In this document: positions 8,702 through 15,186 of the stretch, piece after piece
Position numbering within the stretch: position 1 is the stretch's first letter
Layout: each line of letters begins with the position of its first letter
From: a virus
Virus record (IMG/VR): IMGVR_UViG_2799112330_000001
Coordinates: 1-64,000 of that record
Length of the DNA: 64,000 nucleotides
Direction: 5' to 3' (one strand)
Notes under the pieces: model-generated
Database searches by the model: none
Told to the model about the DNA's origin: nothing
Seen by the model: only the letters and a program-made list of their open reading frames with translations
Made by a program: the position numbers and the translations under genes

Positions 8702-8718
8702 TCACTCTACAGGGGATT
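8702..8718. repeat. dispersed motif copy (TCACTCTACAGGGGATT)
   Basis: Reverse orientation, in non-coding sequence. Confidence 0.6.
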
Positions 8719-8879
8719 AAATATGAGATATAACTAAAATTGTTGATATTATTATAATTATTGTATTTAAATAAGTTATAAAGAATGTTTAATGGATTAT
8801 TATAATATATAAAATAATATATTAAATATATGAAGAGGTTTAATAATGTTATTAAGACGATTTAGGAAAAGATTATAGT

Positions 8880-8963
8880 GAAAATTATATGGAAAATTAT
8901 ATTGAAAATTATGATAAAGATTGTGGTGAAGATTTTAATGAAGATTTAGATGTAGATAGTAGG
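8880..8963. repeat. seven degenerate tandem 12-nt units
   Basis: The units are GAAAATTATATG / GAAAATTATATT / GAAAATTATGAT / AAAGATTGTGGT / GAAGATTTTAAT / GAAGATTTAGAT / GTAGATAGTAGG. They overlap a possible 31-aa acidic ORF (8889..8984). Confidence 0.6.
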
Positions 8964-9014
8964 ATAAAAAATTTTGTCGATTAGCGAGAAGAGGAGGGTA
9001 TTACCACAAAGGGT

Positions 9015-9045
9015 GGGGGTGTGATAAGTGAATGTCAATACCCCC
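9015..9045 (+). other. G/C-rich hairpin
   Basis: GGGGGTGT (9015-9022) pairs with ATACCCCC (9038-9045), with one G-U pair. It lies immediately upstream of conserved box 1. Confidence 0.5.
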
Positions 9046-9055
9046 GTCATATCGA

Positions 9056-9086
9056 ACCTCGTGAGAAAACAGGTCAGATTTCGAAT
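9056..9086 (+). promoter_or_regulatory. conserved 31-nt box, copy 1 (upstream of paralog A)
   Basis: ACCTCGTGAGAAAACAGGTCAGATTTCGAAT matches copy 2 at 10284-10314 at 27 of 31 positions. Confidence 0.5.
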
Positions 9087-9200
9087 GAATAAATGTTTTT
9101 CAAATATTATTCATTTATTACTGAAGTAAGTCATCTGACTACGCTTGCTTTAGCACATTATCCAATAAGTTAGTCACTCAATACAAATTCTGTTACAACT

Positions 9201-9788
9201 ATGGCACAGCCAAAAGCTAATGCAGTTGAGCAAGTTCCTGCACAAGTCGTTAACGCAGTTGAAACTGCAAGTGTTAATCTTCTTAGCTTCTCTGAAGCAG
9301 TCGATGCAACGATTGCTGATGGTGGCAAAGTAACAAAGGGTATTCATATTACTCGTGCGACTTATAGTCGTCGAGAAGATGGACACGAGATTGTTACTTT
9401 GACAGGCGATATACCTGTTGAGCGTTATGTTGCTGATGAGACAAATCCTGATGTATTTGTCAAATCAATGTCCAAGTCATTTGTTGTGTCATTATTCTCA
9501 TTAGTGGGAATGATGTCCAACATGAAGGACGCACAAGTGCTCGCAGGTCGTATCTCAAAGCGACCAATGTTGATAGAGAGTTTGCTACCAGGTAGTATTA
9601 TTACAGTAGTTCAACGTGATGTCAAAGGTAATGTTCCGTTTATGAACTACTTTAGTAACAAGGAGAATACTATCGATCATGATAGTATTGTTACCGACGT
9701 AGTCAAACTTGAAGTATCTGATTTTGCTCGTTCTATGATGGATGAGTACAAAAAGATGCTTGCATCTGCATTGATGGGAGACTTGTAG
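9201..9788 (+). CDS. hypothetical protein, paralog A of a duplicated gene
   Basis: 195 aa. By eye about 70 percent identical to the 10378..10932 product over the core ITRATYS..E.DGHE.VTLT...PDVFVKS.SK.FVVSLFSLVG.MS.MKDAQVLAGRISKRP...NVPFMNYFS.KENTIDHDS. Codons are G+C-richer than the genome. Confidence 0.85.
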   Translation: MAQPKANAVEQVPAQVVNAVETASVNLLSFSEAVDATIADGGKVTKGIHITRATYSRREDGHEIVTLTGDIPVERYVADETNPDVFVKSMSKSFVVSLFSLVGMMSNMKDAQVLAGRISKRPMLIESLLPGSIITVVQRDVKGNVPFMNYFSNKENTIDHDSIVTDVVKLEVSDFARSMMDEYKKMLASALMGDL

Positions 9789-9796
9789 TTGATGAT

Positions 9797-9834
9797 AGAT
9801 TTGCAGGTGATGATTGTTCATTGCCTGCAAATCT
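9797..9834 (+). terminator. hairpin/terminator after paralog A
   Basis: AGATTTGCAGG (9797-9807) pairs with CCTGCAAATCT (9824-9834). The T-tract is weak. Confidence 0.5.
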
Positions 9835-9904
9835 TTGCATTGTTATAGTTGTAGTATGATGTTGAGTAGAAATTGCAATTATTAACCAATTAAATTATAC
9901 AATT

Positions 9905-10225
9905 ATGATCGCACTTGCTCCAAAACATTCAGAAGCAATTCAAATTCTTGCTTCGCTTCCTAAAAAAGAAGTTTCTGATGTTCGTCTTGCTTACAATGGT
10001 GAAGTAGTAGCCATTGTTGATGAATCAACAATTCGTGCTCTTCAAGTTGCTATTCATGATGGTCTTACAGATTATCGTAGATGGCTTATACTTGAAGATT
10101 ACGATGATGATGAAAATGGTCATCATACAAACTTTCTTCATTTTAGAGAAGATGGTAGAATATCTGATGAGTTTAAAACAGATTTCTTTAGATTTCTAGA
10201 CGATCTTGCATACAAGATCTTCTAG
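9905..10225 (+). CDS. small acidic hypothetical protein
   Basis: 106 aa with about 21 D/E against 12 K/R, including EDYDDDENG. It lies between the two paralogs. Confidence 0.8.
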   Translation: MIALAPKHSEAIQILASLPKKEVSDVRLAYNGEVVAIVDESTIRALQVAIHDGLTDYRRWLILEDYDDDENGHHTNFLHFREDGRISDEFKTDFFRFLDDLAYKIF

Positions 10226-10233
10226 TTGATTAT

Positions 10234-10277
10234 GGTTCTAATATAGCTAGTATTCATTTACTAGTTATATTAGAACC
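10234..10277 (+). terminator. 19-bp hairpin after the acidic-protein gene
   Basis: 10234-10252 pairs with 10259-10277 (one G-U pair, 6-nt loop). There is no clear T-tract. It abuts box copy 2. Confidence 0.45.
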
Positions 10278-10283
10278 TCAAAA

Positions 10284-10314
10284 ACCTCGTGAGAATACAG
10301 GAAAGAATTCGAAT
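10284..10314 (+). promoter_or_regulatory. conserved 31-nt box, copy 2 (upstream of paralog B)
   Basis: ACCTCGTGAGAATACAGGAAAGAATTCGAAT, located 64 nt upstream of the ATG at 10378. Confidence 0.5.
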
Positions 10315-10377
10315 CTATTAAGCGTTTAAGCGTTTAACAGTTCTATTAATTATTTAACAATTTAAATTGTAAAAACA

Positions 10378-10932
10378 ATGAACGATGAAAAAGCAAAGGA
10401 AGTTGTAAGTCAGCCACAACTATTGACCTTTACTGAGGCAATTACTGCCACAAAAGCTGACAATGCATCTGAAGTAAAGAATCTTCAGATTACTCGTGCT
10501 ACATATTCAAAGCGTGAGGAAGATGGTCATGAAGTAGTGACATTAACAACAAGTGGTCTTGTTGACAGATATATTGCGGATAACGATAATCCCGATGTAT
10601 TTGTTAAGAGCAAAAGCAAAACTTTTGTAGTATCTTTGTTTAGTCTTGTAGGTGCTATGAGTCAAATGAAAGATGCTCAAGTTCTTGCTGGACGTATTTC
10701 TAAACGTCCTGTTCTTGTTGAATCTCTTCTTCCTGGTTCTACTATTACTGTACTTCAACGTGAAGTTAAGGCTAATGTTCCTTTCATGAATTATTTCAGT
10801 GGAAAGGAAAACACTATTGACCATGATAGTGTTGTAACAGATATTGCTGATATTAAGCTTGGAGAGTTTGCTCTTAGTACTCTTGATGCTTATAAGCAAA
10901 ATCTTGCTGCTGCTCTTATGGGCGATTTGTAA
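10378..10932 (+). CDS. hypothetical protein, paralog B of a duplicated gene
   Basis: 184 aa; see paralog A. Confidence 0.85.
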   Translation: MNDEKAKEVVSQPQLLTFTEAITATKADNASEVKNLQITRATYSKREEDGHEVVTLTTSGLVDRYIADNDNPDVFVKSKSKTFVVSLFSLVGAMSQMKDAQVLAGRISKRPVLVESLLPGSTITVLQREVKANVPFMNYFSGKENTIDHDSVVTDIADIKLGEFALSTLDAYKQNLAAALMGDL

Positions 10933-10939
10933 AAGAGTT

Positions 10940-10975
10940 GCTGCTGTATTGTGAAATACGGCAGCGATTCTTATT
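10940..10975 (+). terminator. intrinsic terminator after paralog B
   Basis: GCTGCTGTATT (10940-10950), a GTGA loop, then AATACGGCAGC (10955-10965) with one U-G pair, followed by a T-rich tail. Confidence 0.55.
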
Positions 10976-11063
10976 GTAACAGAATTTTCAGGTACATTAT
11001 AATACCATAAGTGTTATAGTGTACCATTTAATGCAGCTAATTAACAGTCGTAAGCCTGTGTAA

Positions 11064-11237
11064 ATGCAGAACGAAATGAAAATTCTTGTTGATAGTGATA
11101 TTATTATTAAAGAAGTTGATAAATGTGATGATGGAGCAGCTCCTGCTCTCCATTCTAATCATTTTACTAATAATATTACTAATCCATTTCAAATAATTAA
11201 TACAAGAATTAAACAAATGAAACTTATATACATTTAG
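11064..11237 (+). CDS. possible small ORF (57 aa)
   Basis: MQNEMKILVDSDIIIKEVDKCDDGAAPALHSNHF... falls below the track cutoff. It is the only sizeable forward ORF in the 10.97-11.93 kb gap, and coding status is uncertain. Confidence 0.3.
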   Translation: MQNEMKILVDSDIIIKEVDKCDDGAAPALHSNHFTNNITNPFQIINTRIKQMKLIYI

Positions 11238-11515
11238 TGTAATTAAATATATATTACTAATGTTATATTATCAATTTTAATTTCCGCACTATAAAGCGCG
11301 CCTATTGATATGACAATAATAATGTTGGTAATATAAATACTATCATTTAATATGATATAATTGTAAATCATTTTGCTATTTAATACATCGATTGACGATG
11401 TCTTCGCTGATGATACGCAATATATCATTTAGATGATAGCAATTCATGAAATCCTACTTGGAGACGAGAAACGGCTCATATTGAGTATCGTAAAGTTAAT
11501 CCTTGATAGGTTGCA

Positions 11516-11589
11516 TCAAGAGATACAGCAAAATATATCAGACAGTTTGTTGGTTTATAATGTCTTGATTATTTTGTTGTATTTCTTGA
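11516..11589 (+). ncRNA. long imperfect helix inside an untranslated 1-kb gap (structured RNA candidate)
   Basis: 11516-11535 pairs with 11570-11589 (20 bp, and the two non-Watson-Crick pairs are both G-U on the plus strand). The helix continues at 11537-11544 with 11561-11569. Confidence 0.4.
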
Positions 11590-11929
11590 GATAGTTTATG
11601 TTGAGCCTAGAGCACATAATGCTGCTATAGGTAGAATTTTTCCCATAGTACGTGATTTAGAAACCAACTATGTTAGCAGTCAGAATAACTGTTATTACAG
11701 TAAATCGTCATGCTGTGATAAATATCATATAATGTCAAAAATATGATATGATGACAACGATGCTAAGCAAAAAGCTGGTAACGATAAGAAAGAGATAGGT
11801 GAGAAGAGTGCACTCGCATCTAGACTATCTCTTTATCTTAATGTAGCCAATCGATATGATTGAGAGTCCAAAGCCTCTATAAATACAGATGGAGATAATA
11901 TTATTAATAACAAATAAATTCACGCAATC

Positions 11930-12385
11930 ATGAAAAAGTATTTTAAAGAATTTATAGGAACATTAGTTCTTATAATTTGTTTTATTATTTTAACAATAAC
12001 GTTTATTGCTATAGGAAAATATTATAACGATACAATACTTATCGTTATAGGTATAACAATTAATGTTTTAACTATAATTATGTTAATTGTTATAAATATT
12101 CAAGAAATAAACGAACGTGATAAAATTATACATAATCTAAATGAAAAAATAACTGAAGAACATACTTCAGTTATAATGACTAGAATGATGTGTAATCAAG
12201 CTTTATCAGATGCTCTAATTTTAAGAAAAATAATTGACCAAAAAAATAAAAAAATAGAAAAATATGAAAAACATATAAATGAATTAATTCATAAAATTAA
12301 TTGTATAAATAATGAAGCAAAAGAGCTTCAAGATTTATGCAATAGATATGAAACTCAATATGGTAAATTGACAGATCAAGAATAA
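11930..12385 (+). CDS. membrane protein (two TMDs plus coiled coil)
   Basis: 151 aa. Hydrophobic segments GTLVLIICFIILTITFIAIG and ILIVIGITINVLTIIMLIVI are followed by a charged helical tail. Confidence 0.75.
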   Translation: MKKYFKEFIGTLVLIICFIILTITFIAIGKYYNDTILIVIGITINVLTIIMLIVINIQEINERDKIIHNLNEKITEEHTSVIMTRMMCNQALSDALILRKIIDQKNKKIEKYEKHINELIHKINCINNEAKELQDLCNRYETQYGKLTDQE

Positions 12386-12388
12386 ATT

Positions 12389-12409
12389 TGTTCCCCTGTA
12401 GAGGGAACA
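12389..12409. repeat. dispersed motif copy, full form (TGTTCCC-CTGTAGA-GGGAACA)
   Basis: 7-bp arms. It begins 4 nt after the stop of 11930..12385. Confidence 0.75.
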
Positions 12410-12532
12410 TATCTATCAATTGCTAATATTGATACTGTTATAGATAATAATAAATATAATATTGATATAGTTAATATATTATAACTTGTATATATATTAT
12501 ATATATTATATATAATAATTATATTATATATT

Positions 12533-12580
12533 TATTTATTATTATTTATAATAATAAATATAACGCACGTGCGTGCGCGT
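12533..12580. repeat. AT-only 13-bp inverted repeat followed by a G/C palindrome
   Basis: TATTTATTATTAT (12533-12545), tt, ATAATAATAAATA (12548-12560), then ACGCACGTGCGT (12563-12574, a perfect palindrome) plus GCGCGT. A stretch of about 100 nt of almost pure A/T with TATATA runs precedes it. Confidence 0.6.
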
Positions 12581-12624
12581 ATAGTGTTTTGTAGAACATA
12601 TATAATAATAAAAAATATCGTTTT

Positions 12625-12903
12625 ATGTATAGTTTATCAACTATTATAGAAAGTCAAACATGGGATAATCTTGAAGATATGCTTGAAGAACTTCATGCTA
12701 ATGAAAGAACAATTCCTTGTGGAATCATTCTTGATAAGAATGGAAAAGTTGAATTTACCAATACTTTTGAATTACTTAAAGCAGTTCAAGAACGTATTGA
12801 ATTAAAACAACAAACTATACGTTATTCTTTATTTAATATCGATTTCGAAACAAATAAAGTAATAGCGACTATTAAAGACTATGTATTAAGTTATAAAGGT
12901 TGA
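12625..12903 (+). CDS. hypothetical protein
   Basis: 92-aa ORF with no recognised motif. Confidence 0.7.
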   Translation: MYSLSTIIESQTWDNLEDMLEELHANERTIPCGIILDKNGKVEFTNTFELLKAVQERIELKQQTIRYSLFNIDFETNKVIATIKDYVLSYKG

Positions 12904-13042
12904 AATCCCTTTGCAAGAGTAACTTCCCGATATACTTTGTATATTTTCGCCGCTCTTGCATAAAATCATAATCTTGTTATACAACCTTGACGAGGTGATT
13001 ATGCTTTTACTAATAGTATAACACATGAGATTGTGTGAGAAG

Positions 13043-13080
13043 GAGCAGATGAAAGAATTAATCTTTTGTCTGCTCTTTAT
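13043..13080 (+). terminator. intrinsic terminator
   Basis: A 14-bp stem pairs 13043-13056 with 13062-13075 (two G-U pairs, loop ATTAA), followed by TTTAT. Confidence 0.6.
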
Positions 13081-13132
13081 ATTAAATTCTTACACTATCT
13101 TATAATATTAATCTTTAAAATCTCACACAATT

Positions 13133-13327
13133 ATGACACAAACAGCATCAAAACCATTACCTATTAATTGTGCAATAGGTACATGTGTAAAAAGAATTAA
13201 AAAAGTAGTTTATTTCTCAGAACAAGGAATAAATCTATTTAAAACTATTTCTTTTCCTACAGTTTTAGCAGCACAAAATTATGTTAAACTATTAACAAAG
13301 AAAAAGGAATATGCAAAATCATGGTAA
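13133..13327 (+). CDS. hypothetical protein
   Basis: 64-aa ORF. Its start region can pair with 13030-13040. Confidence 0.6.
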   Translation: MTQTASKPLPINCAIGTCVKRIKKVVYFSEQGINLFKTISFPTVLAAQNYVKLLTKKKEYAKSW

Positions 13328-13537
13328 ACTATTATGTTGTATAATATAATAAAATCAATATAATGGATTTGCAGATATAATAAATAGTAATATAACATTT
13401 AATATTAACAATGGGTTATGTTATATTGTTATCTAAATCACAATACATTAAAATTATTACAAGTTTCGTATATTTTTAATGTTCTACCTATTGTTATATC
13501 TGCAAATTCATTTTTATTGAAATATTTTGCTGAAAAA

Positions 13538-13569
13538 TTTGGAATTATCAAAAATATTTTGTATATTTG
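13538..13569 (+). promoter_or_regulatory. Bacteroides-type promoter
   Basis: TTTG at 13538-13541, a 20-nt gap, then TAtaTTTG at 13562-13569. The ATG is at 13619. Confidence 0.55.
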
Positions 13570-13618
13570 TGTACAAAATAAAAAACAATATTGTTTTACT
13601 AATTAAATTATTAAATCT

Positions 13619-14164
13619 ATGAGTTATGGTTATCAAAGACCTCATTATAACAATCGAGGTCGCAATTACGGTCGTAATTATGGTCGTCGTCCATTTGTTC
13701 CTGCCACTAAAGACAAAGAAGAAACTGTAAAGTATCCTGGACTTCCACCTTTTGTACAAAATTTAGATGCACATTTAGTTCGTCTTGTACGAATTGTGCA
13801 AGGTAATGATGATATTAGGAGATATATATCTCTTGGTATCATTAATAGACTTATTAAATCTAAAGCAATTACTGAAGGTGGAAACTATATACGTTTCCGT
13901 TGGGATAAATTTACTGTTTGCAGTAAAGGTATTAATACCGATTATCGGTATAATGATCCTATCTTTCTTCAATCGTTTGTTGGATCATTTACAATTTTGA
14001 CCAATGTTGCGTCTAAAGCATTAGAAAATTTTGTCAAAATTGAATTTGATCAACCAGCAGAAAAAGTAATTGACGGAAGTGATCCTGACGGTGTTGATAA
14101 AGAGCTTATTGAAAAGCAACTCAACACAGATGAAAACCTTGGAGTTTTTGAGGAACAGCAATAA
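13619..14164 (+). CDS. hypothetical protein with RG/RNY-rich N-terminus
   Basis: 181 aa. The N-terminus is YQRPHYNNRGRNYGRNYGRRP. Codons are G+C-richer, and the gene has its own promoter and terminator. Confidence 0.85.
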   Translation: MSYGYQRPHYNNRGRNYGRNYGRRPFVPATKDKEETVKYPGLPPFVQNLDAHLVRLVRIVQGNDDIRRYISLGIINRLIKSKAITEGGNYIRFRWDKFTVCSKGINTDYRYNDPIFLQSFVGSFTILTNVASKALENFVKIEFDQPAEKVIDGSDPDGVDKELIEKQLNTDENLGVFEEQQ

Positions 14165-14177
14165 ATAAAAATTTATA

Positions 14178-14242
14178 TAGTAATAAGAATACTACGGCTT
14201 TATAGCAATAAAGTTAGGAAAATGTATTCTTATTACTATTTT
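14178..14242 (+). terminator. long-stem hairpin/terminator
   Basis: TAGTAATAAGAATAC (14178-14192) pairs with GTATTCTTATTACTA (14224-14238), followed by TTTT. Confidence 0.55.
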
Positions 14243-14258
14243 AAAAATTGATTTTATT

Positions 14259-14444
14259 ATGAAAAAGAATGGTCAATTCGATAAGAAAGAATTAGAAGTT
14301 ATGCCTTCTAAAATTAAAGAAGCTATTTTAGAACTTAAAAAGATTCGTTATGTTTCTCCTAAACAATATGGTGTAGCAATTGCTAATTCTCCACGTCATG
14401 CATCACTTAAAGGTAAACGTATGGTTTATCTTAATAAACACTAA
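14259..14444 (+). CDS. hypothetical protein
   Basis: 61-aa ORF. Confidence 0.6.
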   Translation: MKKNGQFDKKELEVMPSKIKEAILELKKIRYVSPKQYGVAIANSPRHASLKGKRMVYLNKH

Positions 14445-14450
14445 AATGTT

Positions 14451-14615
14451 ATGTATGTCGATGAAAATGGTAAAATTCATCTTCAATCTGCTAAAACTTT
14501 AAAAGATTTAGGAGAATACGCTTTAAATGATTATGACGACGTAGCACATGAATTAGAAGAAACATTAAATAAAGGAGATGAAGATGAAGAAATGGCTGAA
14601 ATGTTAAATTATTAA
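14451..14615 (+). CDS. small acidic hypothetical protein (54 aa)
   Basis: MYVDENGKIHLQSAKTLKDLGEYALNDYDDVAHELEETLNKGDEDEEMAEMLNY falls below the track cutoff. It fills the gap on the coding strand exactly. Confidence 0.55.
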   Translation: MYVDENGKIHLQSAKTLKDLGEYALNDYDDVAHELEETLNKGDEDEEMAEMLNY

Positions 14616-14620
14616 TAATT

Positions 14621-14782
14621 ATGACAACAGCTAAACTAAAAAGAGTTGTAAGTACATTTATGCAATGTCTTTCTTGTAAAGATTGTGTATTTGTAAATAC
14701 TTGTATCATTTTAGAACAAACTACTTCTCATAGTTTATGTTATCATTTACAAAATAATGATGACATTGAAACAGGTGAATAA
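14621..14782 (+). CDS. small Cys-rich hypothetical protein (53 aa)
   Basis: MTTAKLKRVVSTFMQCLSCKDCVFVNTCIILEQTTSHSLCYHLQNNDDIETGE falls below the track cutoff. Confidence 0.5.
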   Translation: MTTAKLKRVVSTFMQCLSCKDCVFVNTCIILEQTTSHSLCYHLQNNDDIETGE

Positions 14783-14794
14783 TTAAATTAAATT

Positions 14795-15019
14795 ATGAAA
14801 AAAATATTAGAAGCTATTAAGAATTGGTGGTTATATCAAGTTCTTAAAAAAGAAAGAACTGTTGAAACTACTCGTTACATTAAAGGCTATAAAAATAGTC
14901 GTCCATTTTATATGAAGAAAATATATAAATGTGTTTATGTAGGTAACAAATGTATCAGCAGTATCAGAACTGATCAAAAATTTATAAGTAAAAAAGAATA
15001 TTATGATCAGTTTAGTTAA
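14795..15019 (+). CDS. hypothetical protein
   Basis: 74-aa ORF. Confidence 0.6.
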   Translation: MKKILEAIKNWWLYQVLKKERTVETTRYIKGYKNSRPFYMKKIYKCVYVGNKCISSIRTDQKFISKKEYYDQFS

Positions 15020-15025
15020 ATAAAT

Positions 15026-15104
15026 AATCAATAGTATAATTGTTTACCAAATTATAGTACGTTTGATTCTCAAGAGCATTTTAACAATTATACTATTGAT
15101 TTTT
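15026..15104 (+). terminator. 19-bp-stem hairpin with T-run
   Basis: AATCAATAGTATAATTGTT (15026-15044) pairs with AACAATTATACTATTGATT (15083-15101), followed by TTTT. Confidence 0.55.
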
Positions 15105-15110
15105 ATACAT

Positions 15111-15186
15111 AAATCTATAGTTTTATTATATTTGCCATACCGATATATACCTCCTTCTAAATAATATGATAAAACTATAGATTTTT
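15111..15186 (+). other. 16-bp-stem hairpin abutting the 5' end of tRNA-Leu
   Basis: AAATCTATAGTTTTAT (15111-15126) pairs with ATAAAACTATAGATTT (15169-15184). The loop carries a TAtaTTTG box (15127-15134). Confidence 0.5.

Noticed and set aside
8880-8963. CRISPR array as an explanation for the 12-nt repeats or the dispersed motif.
   Set aside because: The 12-nt units are contiguous with no spacers. The dispersed motif copies are kilobases apart, irregularly spaced and in both orientations. No cas genes are present.
9174-10899. Track ORFs overlapping the duplicated-gene cassette: minus-strand 9174-9386, 9585-9830 and 10543-10899, plus the same-strand out-of-frame 10014-10199.
   Set aside because: Each is embedded in a longer ORF whose product is conserved between the two paralogs or is compositionally sensible. 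None has independent support.
9201-10932. Diversity-generating retroelement (template/variable repeat pair) as an explanation for the two similar genes.
   Set aside because: Nucleotide differences between the copies are spread over all base types and are mostly synonymous, not adenine-specific. No reverse transcriptase gene is present in the window.
11407-11413. CTGATGA, the hammerhead ribozyme core word.
   Set aside because: The flanking sequence cannot form stem II closing onto a GAAA box. A 7-mer like this is expected several times by chance in 64 kb.
11243-11428. 61-aa minus-strand ORF in the second untranslated gap.
   Set aside because: It is on the wrong strand relative to all surrounding transcription signals. 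Its sequence is Ile/Asn/Tyr low-complexity, and it has no promoter-like boxes.
13418-14000. Track ORFs 13418-13606 (+), 13514-13759 (-), 13775-13972 (-) and 13785-14000 (+).
   Set aside because: The first two cover the consensus promoter and 5' end of the 13619-14164 gene. The others are antisense or out of frame within it. All are low-complexity.
14491-15031. Minus-strand ORFs 14491-14709 and 14831-15031.
   Set aside because: They are antisense to a tightly packed series of plus-strand small ORFs (14451-14615, 14621-14782 and 14795-15019), which fit the spacing and strand of the block better.
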